From an uncultured virus (IMG/VR IMGVR_UViG_3300031547_000001) (taxonomy: Duplodnaviria > Heunggongvirae > Uroviricota > Caudoviricetes): DNA of 20,000 nucleotides. Shown here in pieces: positions 6,091 to 14,301 of the stretch. The number at the start of each line of letters is the position of its first letter. Within the stretch, counting starts at the first letter, position 1. Where the stretch lies: the IMG/VR virus record IMGVR_UViG_3300031547_000001. One strand, 5' to 3'. Under the pieces are notes generated by a model, which worked only from the letters and a program-made list of their open reading frames with translations, was not told the origin of the DNA and did not search any database. A program made the position numbers and the translations under genes.

Positions 6091-7653
6091 ATGCCCAATC
6101 TCGCTCTCCTGCGGAAGTCCCTCGTGGAACTGGACAAGGCCAAGCCTGCCTACATCGAGGCTGGTCAGTTCTACGACGGGACGTTCGCAGAGCCGTTCCA
6201 GTCGCTCATGATGCAGCGCATGCTCATCCTGGCGAACCCCAACTACAAGATGGTCCTCAGCGCCGTGCCGGTTGACGCCGTCGTGGAGAAGCTGGAGATC
6301 GTCGACGTTCAGGCGTCAACCCCTGAGGGCACCGAGGTCCTTCAGGACGACATCTGGAAGCCGAACAACCTTCGGCTGGAGCACAAGCCCGCCATCCTCG
6401 CTGCCGAGAAGTACGGCGACGCCTACCTGTTCGTGTGGCCCGAGGACACCGAGTACGAGGTGGTCGAGTCCGACAACGAGGACGTCGCTGCCGAGGAGGC
6501 TGCTGACGAGGTAGAGGTCGAGACCTCCATCTCGATCACGTACCAGTCGCCCTTCAAGGTGCGTGTGTTCTACGACGAGGCCAACCCGCGCAAGAAGACG
6601 CACGCCGTCAAGCGGCTCAAGACCGGCAAGGGCAAGCAGGAGTGCGCCTGGCTGTACTACGCCGACGGCCGCATCGAGAAGTACGAGACTCCCGTCAACA
6701 AGTGCACCATCGACGCGTTCTACTACGTCGAGGACGTCGAGAACGAGATGGACGAGATCCCCTTCGTCCACCTGCGCAACGACTTCCCGTATGGTCGGCC
6801 CCTGCACGAGAAGGCGTACGGCCCGCAGAACGCGCTGACCAAGCTCACGGTCAACCAGCTCAGCGGCTCCGACTTCGACGCGTTCCCGCAGCGCTGGGCT
6901 CTGGCCAAGACCAAGGGCCTGACCGGCGGAGACGACATCGACTGGGATGGCGACGACAGCACCGTGCCGGACAAGGAGGGCAACACCCTGTCGACGCTCA
7001 CCAGCGGACCCGGGCGCATCTGGGACCTGTCGGGCTTCGACTCGGTGGGGCAGTTCTCCACGGGTGACGTCGGCCAGTTCCTGGAGCCGATGGACTACTA
7101 CGTCAAGCTGATGGCTAGCGCCACGGGTACGCCGCTCCACTACTTCACCTCGGACACCTCGGGTGGTGGAACGCCCACGGGCGAGTCGATCCGCCAGCGT
7201 GACGCGCGCCTGAACACCAAGGCGGAGTGGCACCAGAAGACTCTGAGCAACGGCTTCGAGGAAGCCCTGCTCATGGGCATGGATTACCTGGGCTACGAGG
7301 ACGAGTCGGTCAGCATCAAGTGGAAGCCGATCGAGTACGTCACCGAGGAGGAGAAGCTCGCCCTCGTCGAGAAGAAGGTCGCCATCGGCATCCCGCTCGC
7401 CGTGGCCCTGGCTGAGGCCGGGTACGACGAGGACACCGTCCGCCAGTGGACCACCGGACAGCCCAACGAGGACGAGCTCACGGCCCGAATCGCGATGCTG
7501 GCTCAGATGGGTGACGCGCTCCAGAAGATCGGTACCGCCGCCACCCTGGGCATCGACATGACCGACGTCAACGAGATCGTCAAGGCGCTGCTGGGCAAGT
7601 TCCAGGGGCTCAACGACCAGGACGACGCGGAAGAGGAAGAGCAGGAGGCGTAA
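6091..7653 (+). CDS. Portal protein (SPP1 gp6-like)
   Basis: Follows terL, about 520 aa, with motifs KYGDAYLFVWP, IPFVHLRN..PYGRP, AFPQRWA and TGESIR. SD AGGAG at 6080-6084. Confidence 0.92.
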   Translation: MPNLALLRKSLVELDKAKPAYIEAGQFYDGTFAEPFQSLMMQRMLILANPNYKMVLSAVPVDAVVEKLEIVDVQASTPEGTEVLQDDIWKPNNLRLEHKPAILAAEKYGDAYLFVWPEDTEYEVVESDNEDVAAEEAADEVEVETSISITYQSPFKVRVFYDEANPRKKTHAVKRLKTGKGKQECAWLYYADGRIEKYETPVNKCTIDAFYYVEDVENEMDEIPFVHLRNDFPYGRPLHEKAYGPQNALTKLTVNQLSGSDFDAFPQRWALAKTKGLTGGDDIDWDGDDSTVPDKEGNTLSTLTSGPGRIWDLSGFDSVGQFSTGDVGQFLEPMDYYVKLMASATGTPLHYFTSDTSGGGTPTGESIRQRDARLNTKAEWHQKTLSNGFEEALLMGMDYLGYEDESVSIKWKPIEYVTEEEKLALVEKKVAIGIPLAVALAEAGYDEDTVRQWTTGQPNEDELTARIAMLAQMGDALQKIGTAATLGIDMTDVNEIVKALLGKFQGLNDQDDAEEEEQEA

Positions 7654-7656
7654 CAG

Positions 7657-8712
7657 ATGGCCCAGGTCGATCCCGAGGCTCTCATCGAGCTGATTCAGGG
7701 CAAGCAGATCGAGGCGCTCCAGACGATCGAGAACCGGGCGGTCCGCTCTGCTACCCTGGCGGGCTTCACGGAGATCGACGACGCCATCCGCACCGCAACC
7801 CAGAACTGGGTCAAGGCGTTCGGCTCGGCCTCTGCAGAAGGAGAGGCCGGGTCGGCGCTGGCGTCCATGATCCGGGAAGCAGGCGGCTCCGTCACCAAGT
7901 CTCTGGCTGGCGTCCATGGTGGCGCGGTCAAGGCGATGAACGGCGCAATGGAGGAGGCGATGAAGCTCGCCCTCGGCCAAAGCGCTACGCTGGTCGCTCA
8001 GGCCTCGGGAGAGGCCGCCCCTCAGGTTTCCCTTCCCGACCCGCCCGCAGCCGCTAAGGCGGACGCTCAGGCCGCAGGGAAGACCGTCAAGGCGGCTGAG
8101 GCGACGGCCAAGAAGCTGCTGAACCCGACGACGGTGCTCCGACTTGGACTGCGAGGGCTGCTGGCACCACTGGCCACGGCTCGTTCTGCAATCACCGCTA
8201 TCCAGCGAATGATCTCCGTGAACGTCAACAGAGCTGTGGACGAGGCAACCAAGGCGACAGCCAAGGCTCTGCCCAAGGACGACGAGCCCAAGCTCGAAGT
8301 CTGGGTATGCAGCCGAGATGCCTGCGTTCGGTGCACAGCCTATGCTGGAGAGATTATCGCTGAGGGGAAGAACTTCCCCGGCGGCCTGTCGTGGGATCCA
8401 AAGTCCCGTGAAAAGAGCGCTCCTGCTGTGCGCCCTCCTCTCCATCCCAATTGTCGATGCCGGACTGTTCCATGGAAGGCATCGTGGAAGAAGCCGGGGC
8501 AGGTATCCTTGCCCGAGGCCGCACGACGAGAGGCCGAGCGATCGATAGCACGAGGATTCTCGCTGCCTTCCGAAAGCAACGCATCTCGAGTTCGTGCACT
8601 GAAGGAATTGTTGAAGACGAATCCTCAACTGCCTAAGACTGTTCTCGAGTCCGCTCGCAAGGCGGCCGAGAAGGGGACCTTCCCCAAGGGTCGGAGCGTT
8701 CCGACTCCATAA
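7657..8712 (+). CDS. MuF/SPP1 gp7-like head morphogenesis (minor head) protein
   Basis: DACVRC and PPLHPNCRC signatures; located directly after the portal. Confidence 0.85.
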   Translation: MAQVDPEALIELIQGKQIEALQTIENRAVRSATLAGFTEIDDAIRTATQNWVKAFGSASAEGEAGSALASMIREAGGSVTKSLAGVHGGAVKAMNGAMEEAMKLALGQSATLVAQASGEAAPQVSLPDPPAAAKADAQAAGKTVKAAEATAKKLLNPTTVLRLGLRGLLAPLATARSAITAIQRMISVNVNRAVDEATKATAKALPKDDEPKLEVWVCSRDACVRCTAYAGEIIAEGKNFPGGLSWDPKSREKSAPAVRPPLHPNCRCRTVPWKASWKKPGQVSLPEAARREAERSIARGFSLPSESNASRVRALKELLKTNPQLPKTVLESARKAAEKGTFPKGRSVPTP

Positions 8713-8727
8713 CAAGGAGATACGCGT

Positions 8728-9579
8728 ATGTCGAAGAACCTGGTACGCCCCGGCATGGCGCCTGCTCTGTCCGCCCCGTCTCTCCTGGAGGGTGGCGTCG
8801 AGGAACTGGTGACCGGCTGGGCCCACCCGTACTCCGTGTCCGACCCGTTCATGCCCTGGCACGCCGACGGCGGCGAGGCAGAGGACGAGGACGAGGGCGA
8901 GGAGGACGACAAGGGGTCGGAGGAAGACGACACCGAGGACGACGACCTCGAAGACGACGAGGACGCGGGCAAGAGCCCCGAGGAACTCGCCGCCGAGGTC
9001 AAGCGACTCCGTGCCGCCTACCTGAAGAAGCTCCGCCAGGGCAAGAACCGCTCGACCCGCATCCAGGCTCTGGAGGCGGACAAGCAGACCTACGACACCA
9101 AGCTCGCCGAGCTGACCGAGGAGCTCAAGTCTCTCCGGGAGCAGGGCGGTGCATCGGGCGAGGTCGACAAGGCCGCTCAGGATCGCATCAACGACCTGAT
9201 CGCTGCGGCCAAGGAGGAGGGCAAGAACTCCTTCAAGCCGGTGGTCATTCGGATGGCCGCGCGTTCGGAGCTCATGGCTGCGGGCGCTCGTGCCACGGTG
9301 GTGGACCGCCTCGTCAGGATGGTGGACGTTGAGGACGTCGACATCGACGACGAGGACGGGTCCATCGACCTGACTGACCAGGTCCTCCAGCTCAAGAAGG
9401 AACTCCCGGAGCTCTTCGGCCCCGTCCGTGCCCGCACCAAGACCAAGCCCAAGGGCGAGGCCAGCACCTCCGCCAAGGCGAAGGCTGCCGGTGGCGGGGA
9501 CGGCGGGGACGAGGGTGCCCAGGAGGTCGTCAAGACCGCGACCCAGAAGGCAGCCGACCGGCTGCGCGGGATCAAGTAG
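8728..9579 (+). CDS. Capsid scaffolding protein
   Basis: SD AAGGAG. An acidic stretch, a coiled-coil core and an LKKELPELF motif are followed by a G/K/A-rich tail. It lies upstream of the major capsid gene. Confidence 0.85.
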   Translation: MSKNLVRPGMAPALSAPSLLEGGVEELVTGWAHPYSVSDPFMPWHADGGEAEDEDEGEEDDKGSEEDDTEDDDLEDDEDAGKSPEELAAEVKRLRAAYLKKLRQGKNRSTRIQALEADKQTYDTKLAELTEELKSLREQGGASGEVDKAAQDRINDLIAAAKEEGKNSFKPVVIRMAARSELMAAGARATVVDRLVRMVDVEDVDIDDEDGSIDLTDQVLQLKKELPELFGPVRARTKTKPKGEASTSAKAKAAGGGDGGDEGAQEVVKTATQKAADRLRGIK

Positions 9580-9594
9580 CACGAGGAGCAGGAC

Positions 9595-9855
9595 ATGGCG
9601 ATCGGCGCGGCTGAGGCCAAGTTCATCGCTGACCTGAAGGCGCACTGTGCGGCCGGAGCCAAGATCGCTGAGAACTACCTCAAGGCGAGCGACAGCTCCG
9701 ACCGCCCGGCATCCGTCGTCAGCAGGGCGGCCAACATGATCTCCAGTCAGGCATACGAGATAGAAGAACTCGGACGCCTGGAGAAGTATCTCGAAGAAGG
9801 ACCGAACGCCTCCAAGGAGGCAGCGGCTCGCCTTATGGGTGGGTACGACTACTGA
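9595..9855 (+). CDS. Small DUF305-like (ferritin-like half-domain) protein
   Basis: SD GAGGAG. The pattern AEAKFIADLKAHCAAGAKIAENYL...VVSRAANMISSQAYEIEEL resembles one DUF305 repeat. The CDS is well supported; the family call is by eye. Confidence 0.6.
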   Translation: MAIGAAEAKFIADLKAHCAAGAKIAENYLKASDSSDRPASVVSRAANMISSQAYEIEELGRLEKYLEEGPNASKEAAARLMGGYDY

Positions 9856-9985
9856 TATCCCGCAATGGGGTATCATCTCCTTAGCGTCCGGTCGCTTGGC
9901 CGTGCGGAATGGCTCTGGTGGGTACCAGAAATGGGGTCCATCGGGGCCATTTGCATTTGACAATCTACGACAGAAGGAGTGGAGA
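9853..9985 (+). promoter_or_regulatory. Putative capsid-gene promoter with inverted repeat and structured leader
   Basis: ATGGGGTATCAT (9865-9876) resembles ATGGGGTATAGT (2037-2048). An 8/9 inverted repeat at 9853-9861/9867-9875 overlaps it. Stems lie at 9889-9955 and SD AAGGAG at 9974-9979. Confidence 0.5.
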
Positions 9986-11062
9986 ATGTCGGACATTCTC
10001 AACGCCCTCCAGGCCAAGCAGGCGCTGCGTGACGCCGAGCTGCAGGCCGCGAAGGTGTGGACCGAATTCGAGCCCGGCGACATCGTCGGCTACCGGAAGA
10101 ACGGCCAGCCGATCTTCCACATCGCCGGTGGTGCGGCGGACAACTTCGACGACTGGATCCCGGAGGAGATGGACTCCGCTGTCATCCAGCGGGTCAACCA
10201 GGTCTCCGTCGTCGAGGCCCACGCGCGGCACACCCCGATGGGTACCGCGACCAAGAACGTTCCGCGCTCCAGCGGCATGGCCGTCAAGACCCTCAACAAG
10301 TCCGGCGCCTACGTCTCCTCGGACGACGAGAACGACGACATCCTGCTCACCGCGCGGAAGCACACCGGCCTCCTGACCGTCGCGGAGGAGGACCTGAACG
10401 ACTCCGCCGCCGACATCATCGAGACCAAGAAGGTCGACTGGGCGACTTCCTACGCGAAGTACTTCGACAACGCCTGCGTCGCCACCTCCGGCGCCGAGTC
10501 CTCGCCGACCGTCCCCTACACCTCTGTGTACCGGACGCTCACGCAGACCGACGCGCCGCTGGGCTACACCGCCAACCAGAACATCAACGGCTCCGTGGTC
10601 GCCGGTCAGGTCTCGTACGACGAGCTGTCCGACACCTTCGGCGTCTACGAGGACGGCGACTACTTCGACGAGTCGATGACCATCGTCCTCGCTCACCCGA
10701 CGTTCCGCAAGCAGCTCCGCAACGTCAAGGACGACCAGGGCATGCCCATCTTCGTCCGTGGCCAGGGCGGCGACCGTGGGACGCCGGACACCCTGTTCGA
10801 CGCGCCGATCTACTGGAGCAACGGCCTCCGCGTGTCCGCCACGGCGACCGCGACCCCTGCCGGTGCCCCGCTCCTGGTGGTCTGCAACCGGGAGTACCTG
10901 GTCGTCGGTGACCGTTCGCCGGTCGAGACCCAGCCGATCCCGGCCGCGATCTCCACGACCGACGAGGCCAACATCAAGACCCGAGTCCGCAAGGGCTTCG
11001 CGGTCGGCCACCCGCGTGCGTTCGCGATCCTCATCGACGACGGCTCCGGCCTGAACTCGTAA
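9986..11062 (+). CDS. Major capsid protein (HK97 fold)
   Basis: Position, 358 aa and very strong codon bias. Motifs WIPEE, VAEEDLNDS, LRNVKDDQGMPIF, TLFDAPIYWS and RVRKGFAVGHPRAF. ATG 9986 has SD AAGGAG. Confidence 0.95.
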   Translation: MSDILNALQAKQALRDAELQAAKVWTEFEPGDIVGYRKNGQPIFHIAGGAADNFDDWIPEEMDSAVIQRVNQVSVVEAHARHTPMGTATKNVPRSSGMAVKTLNKSGAYVSSDDENDDILLTARKHTGLLTVAEEDLNDSAADIIETKKVDWATSYAKYFDNACVATSGAESSPTVPYTSVYRTLTQTDAPLGYTANQNINGSVVAGQVSYDELSDTFGVYEDGDYFDESMTIVLAHPTFRKQLRNVKDDQGMPIFVRGQGGDRGTPDTLFDAPIYWSNGLRVSATATATPAGAPLLVVCNREYLVVGDRSPVETQPIPAAISTTDEANIKTRVRKGFAVGHPRAFAILIDDGSGLNS

Positions 11063-11100
11063 GGCGCGGCCCTACGTGGGCGCCTAAGGCCCGAACACGG

Positions 11101-11142
11101 ACGGCCCGGTACCCGGCGAGGGTGCCGGGCCGTTCGCTCGTT
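11101..11142 (+). terminator. Intrinsic terminator-like hairpin after major capsid gene
   Basis: 14-bp stem ACGGCCCGGTACCC / GGGTGCCGGGCCGT (one G-U) with a 5-nt loop, followed by a weak U tract. Confidence 0.75.
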
Positions 11143-11183
11143 ACGCGCCCACCTAGCCCGCATTACGACCCGAGGAGGGCGGC

Positions 11184-11642
11184 ATGGCAAGCACCTGGGC
11201 GACGCCCGTTGAGGCGTCACAGATCGCCGGTGTTGCGATCTATCAGTCGGACCTGGACAGCGCCCAGTCCATCATCGACCTGTTCACCGACATCCACTAT
11301 GGCATCAAGGATCAGCTGGAGGACCGCACCCTCCGCATCCTGAAGCAGGCTGTCTCCTGGCAGGCCAAGTGGCAGAAGGAGCACGGCGACGAGTTCGGCA
11401 CGACAGGGCCGGAGAAGACCAGCGAGACTCTCGGCGACTACAGCTACAGCAATGCATCTCCGGGTGCAGGTAGCGGCGGATCGACCGAGGACCAGGCGAT
11501 CATCTCGCCGATCGCTCAGCGCTGGCTCACCAAGCTCAAGTGGAAGCGGACCCGCACGATCGACCCGCTCACGCCCGGCGAACGCTGGACGGCTGAGAAC
11601 GGCGACCTCGACGGGCTGATCCCCTGGAGGCCGGTGCTGTGA
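11184..11642 (+). CDS. Head-to-tail adaptor
   Basis: First gene after the capsid, SD GAGGAGG. Motifs WATPVE, LKQAVSWQA and SETLGDYSYS. Confidence 0.8.
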   Translation: MASTWATPVEASQIAGVAIYQSDLDSAQSIIDLFTDIHYGIKDQLEDRTLRILKQAVSWQAKWQKEHGDEFGTTGPEKTSETLGDYSYSNASPGAGSGGSTEDQAIISPIAQRWLTKLKWKRTRTIDPLTPGERWTAENGDLDGLIPWRPVL

Positions 11643-11986
11643 CCAGCATGACGTCGCACCTGTTGAAGCAGCGAGCGGACATCTACAGGCGGACCCAGGT
11701 CAGCGATGGCCAGGGCGGCTACACCACCTCGATGTCCCTCGTCAGCGCCAACGTCCGGTGCAAGATCGACCAGGCGTCCGGCGCCGAGCAGTTCGAGGCC
11801 CAGCAGGCCGGGGGCACCATGACCCACAAGGTCTATCTGGAGCACGACGAGAACATCCGGCGCGGTGACGAGGTTCGCCGCCTGGGGAAGGCGTACCGCG
11901 TCGATCTCGTCTACGAGCCCAGCACCCCCGGCGTCTATCGGCGCGCGGACTCCGAGCTTCTCCAAGAGGAAGGCGAGGACATCTGA
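11639..11986 (+). CDS. Head-to-tail stopper (head closure protein)
   Basis: SDGQGG and IRRGDEV...YRV beta-strand pattern of SPP1 gp16-like proteins; GTGA coupling to the adaptor gene. Confidence 0.8.
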   Translation: MTSMTSHLLKQRADIYRRTQVSDGQGGYTTSMSLVSANVRCKIDQASGAEQFEAQQAGGTMTHKVYLEHDENIRRGDEVRRLGKAYRVDLVYEPSTPGVYRRADSELLQEEGEDI

Positions 11987-12333
11987 TGGGCATCAACGCA
12001 CGCGGCATCGGCGGGGCTCGTCGCCGTCTGGAGCAGATCGCCGACCGCATCGCTGGCGCCACCGACAAGGCCTGCGAGGAGTTCGCAGAGGAGGCCAAGG
12101 ACCACATGAAGGGCATTGTGCCTGTGGACACCGGCGTCCTGAAGGAATCCATCGAGGTCGTGAAGGTCGGCGACACGTGGACGGTCGGACCGCGCGGAGT
12201 CGACTACGCGGTGTTCGTGGAGAACGGTACGAGCCGTTCTCCGGCCCAGCCGTATGTCGAGCCTACGATTCAGTGGGCCAAGCAGGTTGGACCCAAGAGG
12301 ATCGCTCGTAAGATCGAGGGGGCGATCACGTGA
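11986..12333 (+). CDS. HK97 gp10-like neck/tail completion protein
   Basis: Motifs VPVDTGVLKESI, YAVFVENGT and AQPYVEP. Confidence 0.88.
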   Translation: MGINARGIGGARRRLEQIADRIAGATDKACEEFAEEAKDHMKGIVPVDTGVLKESIEVVKVGDTWTVGPRGVDYAVFVENGTSRSPAQPYVEPTIQWAKQVGPKRIARKIEGAIT

Positions 12334-12737
12334 CGACCGCGCTGATCCCGTTCAACGAGCTGCAGAAGCAGATGTTCACCGCGCTCAACGGCAACATCTC
12401 GGCTGCGGTCTACGACAATGTGCCGGAGAACGTCACCAAGCCGTGGGTCATCATTGGCGAGGCGACTGGAATTCCGGACAACTGGCACGGTGGTTTTGGC
12501 TGGGACGTAACCGCCACGGTCCATGTGTGGACGAAATCCCGAGGATTCAAGTCCGCTCTGGATATCGCGGCTGAGGTGATTGCCATCTTCGATCACCAGA
12601 TCGAGAGCCTGGCAGTGCCAGCATCGTGGTCGGTAGTCTCCATCCGATTCATGCAGCTCCAGACGCTGCGCGACCCTGACCCCGAGATCCGCCACGTGCC
12701 GGTACAATTCGGGATAGTGATTCACCAAGAGGCGTGA
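12330..12737 (+). CDS. Tail terminator protein (DUF3168-like)
   Basis: Motifs VYDNVP...PWVIIGE and VHVWTKSRG; located before the tail tube gene. Confidence 0.82.
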   Translation: MTTALIPFNELQKQMFTALNGNISAAVYDNVPENVTKPWVIIGEATGIPDNWHGGFGWDVTATVHVWTKSRGFKSALDIAAEVIAIFDHQIESLAVPASWSVVSIRFMQLQTLRDPDPEIRHVPVQFGIVIHQEA

Positions 12738-12795
12738 GCCTATGCCATCTCGGTGTACCGGTAGAGTTCATCCCAGTAAGGAAAGGTAGAACGAC

Positions 12796-13140
12796 ATGGC
12801 TAACCTCACGACCATCCCGATCCTTCCGTCGGTCGGCCGCGTGGATGTCGTGGCTGCTCTCGTAGCGGCTGCGTCCCTCGGCGACTCGGCGGAGGTCGGG
12901 ACGGGCAAGTTCCTCGCGGTGAACAACGGCGGTGGCTCGCCCATCACCGTCACCATCGCCACCCCGGGCACGACTAAGGGCTTCGCCATCGCGGACGGCT
13001 CCTACGCCGTGGCGGCGGGCAAGCTCTGCATCGTGCCCCTGAACGACGTCTTCCGTGGCGGTGACGGCCGTGCCGCCATCACCTACTCCGGCGTGACCTC
13101 CGTGACCGTCGGCGTGTTCGACATCGGGACGGTGATCTAA
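12796..13140 (+). CDS. Small beta-rich virion-associated protein (possible decoration protein)
   Basis: 114 aa, G/V/T/A-rich, motif FLAVNNGGGSPITVTI. SD GAAAGG and strongly biased codons. It ends 1 nt before the tail tube gene. Confidence 0.65.
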   Translation: MANLTTIPILPSVGRVDVVAALVAAASLGDSAEVGTGKFLAVNNGGGSPITVTIATPGTTKGFAIADGSYAVAAGKLCIVPLNDVFRGGDGRAAITYSGVTSVTVGVFDIGTVI

Positions 13141-13141
13141 C

Positions 13142-13576
13142 ATGGCTGGACAGGACGCATGGGGTACCCAGTTCAAGCGGGACTCCACCGGCGGCGGCGT
13201 GTACGTCGTCATCGCGAACGTCACGGACATCTCGGGTCCGAGCCGTGAGCGGGAGGCCATCGAGGTCACCGCGCACGACTCGCCGAACCAGTACCGCGAG
13301 TTCGTCAAGGGCCTCAAGGACGGCGGCGAGGTCGAGCTCACGCTCAACTACCAGCCGAACGTCGCCTCCGTCGCCGCGCTCGACGCGGACTTCGAGGAGG
13401 ACGACCTCCGCAACTACCAGATCGTCATCAACCCCGGCAAGGCGGGCAGGGAGTTCACCTGGACGTTCTCGGGCCTCATCACGTCTCTTGGGGACGAGTT
13501 CCCCCATGACGACAAGGCTGAGCGCACCGTGACGGTCAAGATCTCCGGTAAGCCCCTCCTGGCCCAGACCGCGTAA
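13142..13576 (+). CDS. Major tail (tube) protein
   Basis: Motifs ISGPSREREAIEVTAHDS, EFVKGLKDGGEV and TVKISGKP, as in lambda gpV-like tubes. Confidence 0.92.
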   Translation: MAGQDAWGTQFKRDSTGGGVYVVIANVTDISGPSREREAIEVTAHDSPNQYREFVKGLKDGGEVELTLNYQPNVASVAALDADFEEDDLRNYQIVINPGKAGREFTWTFSGLITSLGDEFPHDDKAERTVTVKISGKPLLAQTA

Positions 13577-13588
13577 GGGATCAGCATC

Positions 13589-13993
13589 ATGGCACTTCTG
13601 GGCAAGGACCAGATCAACGCAGTAGTGGACCGCAAGTGGGAAGACGTGCCCGTCCCCGAGTGGGGCGGCGACGTGCGACTCATGGAGCTCTCCGCTGCGG
13701 ATCGCGGATACATCGAAGCTGGGTCCGTTGTGGCCCAGGGGCAGACGCCGCAGCTGCGGGTCGAGTCGCTCAAGACGTACCGCGAGAAGCTCGTCATGTT
13801 CGGCCTGGTGGACGAGAACTTCAACCGGCTGTTCTCCAACAAGGAGATCGTCGACCTGGGGAAGAAGTCCGGTGCCGTCATCGAGCGTCTGGCCGCCAGG
13901 ATCCAGGAGCTGTCCGGCATGGGCCGCTATGCACAGAAGGCAGCGGAGGGAAACTCCGACGCCGTCCCGAGCGGCTCTTCCGATTCCGACTAG
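13589..13993 (+). CDS. Tail assembly chaperone (gpG-like)
   Basis: VPVPEWGGDVRLMELS motif; lies between the tail tube and tape measure genes. Confidence 0.9.
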   Translation: MALLGKDQINAVVDRKWEDVPVPEWGGDVRLMELSAADRGYIEAGSVVAQGQTPQLRVESLKTYREKLVMFGLVDENFNRLFSNKEIVDLGKKSGAVIERLAARIQELSGMGRYAQKAAEGNSDAVPSGSSDSD

Positions 13994-14301
13994 CCGAGCA
14001 TCTCGGCATGACGGTGGCTGACCTGGAGTCTCGTCTCGGGTCGGCCGAGCTGACCGAGTGGATGGCATTCGAAAGGATGACCGGTCCACTCGGTCGGCGT
14101 CGGCAGGACATCCAAGCAGCCACCATCGCGGCGACAGTCGCCAATGCGAACAGGGGCAAGAAGTCCAAGCCCTTCAAGATGCAGGACTTCCTGATCCCGT
14201 ACGGAGAGAGCCGGGAGAAGACCCCGGACCAGATGCTGGAGGCCATCCGCCAGCTCAATGCGTCAATGGGAGGTGAAGAAATTGTCGGATGTAGTGATTG
14301 A
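13589..14301 (+). CDS. Tail assembly chaperone gpGT via programmed -1 frameshift
   Basis: In-frame slippery heptamer G GGA AAC at 13948-13954. The -1 frame reads ...LRRRPERLFRFRLAEHLGMTV...ELTEWMAF... to the stop at 14301. Confidence 0.88.

Noticed and set aside
4450..7653. Intein or intron in terminase or portal
   Set aside because: Both are normal length with continuous motifs and no intein splice-junction or homing-endonuclease signatures; only short acidic loops are inserted.
9903..9955. Hammerhead ribozyme or tRNA in the capsid leader
   Set aside because: The CUGANGA core is absent and there is no cloverleaf or T-loop consensus.
9839..9985. N-terminal extension of the capsid ORF from ATG 9839
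   Set aside because: It overlaps the upstream gene, has atypical codons and no SD, whereas ATG 9986 has AAGGAG at good spacing.
9957..9987. Perfect TTGACA as -35 of a capsid promoter
   Set aside because: The only -10-like hexamer (GAGAAT) is 19 nt away and overlaps the start codon, so the transcript would miss the SD and ATG.
6316..10083. 1255-aa minus-strand ORF
   Set aside because: Mirror frame of the portal, MuF and scaffold genes. High GC3 codon bias removes antisense stops, and it shows no recognisable domain.
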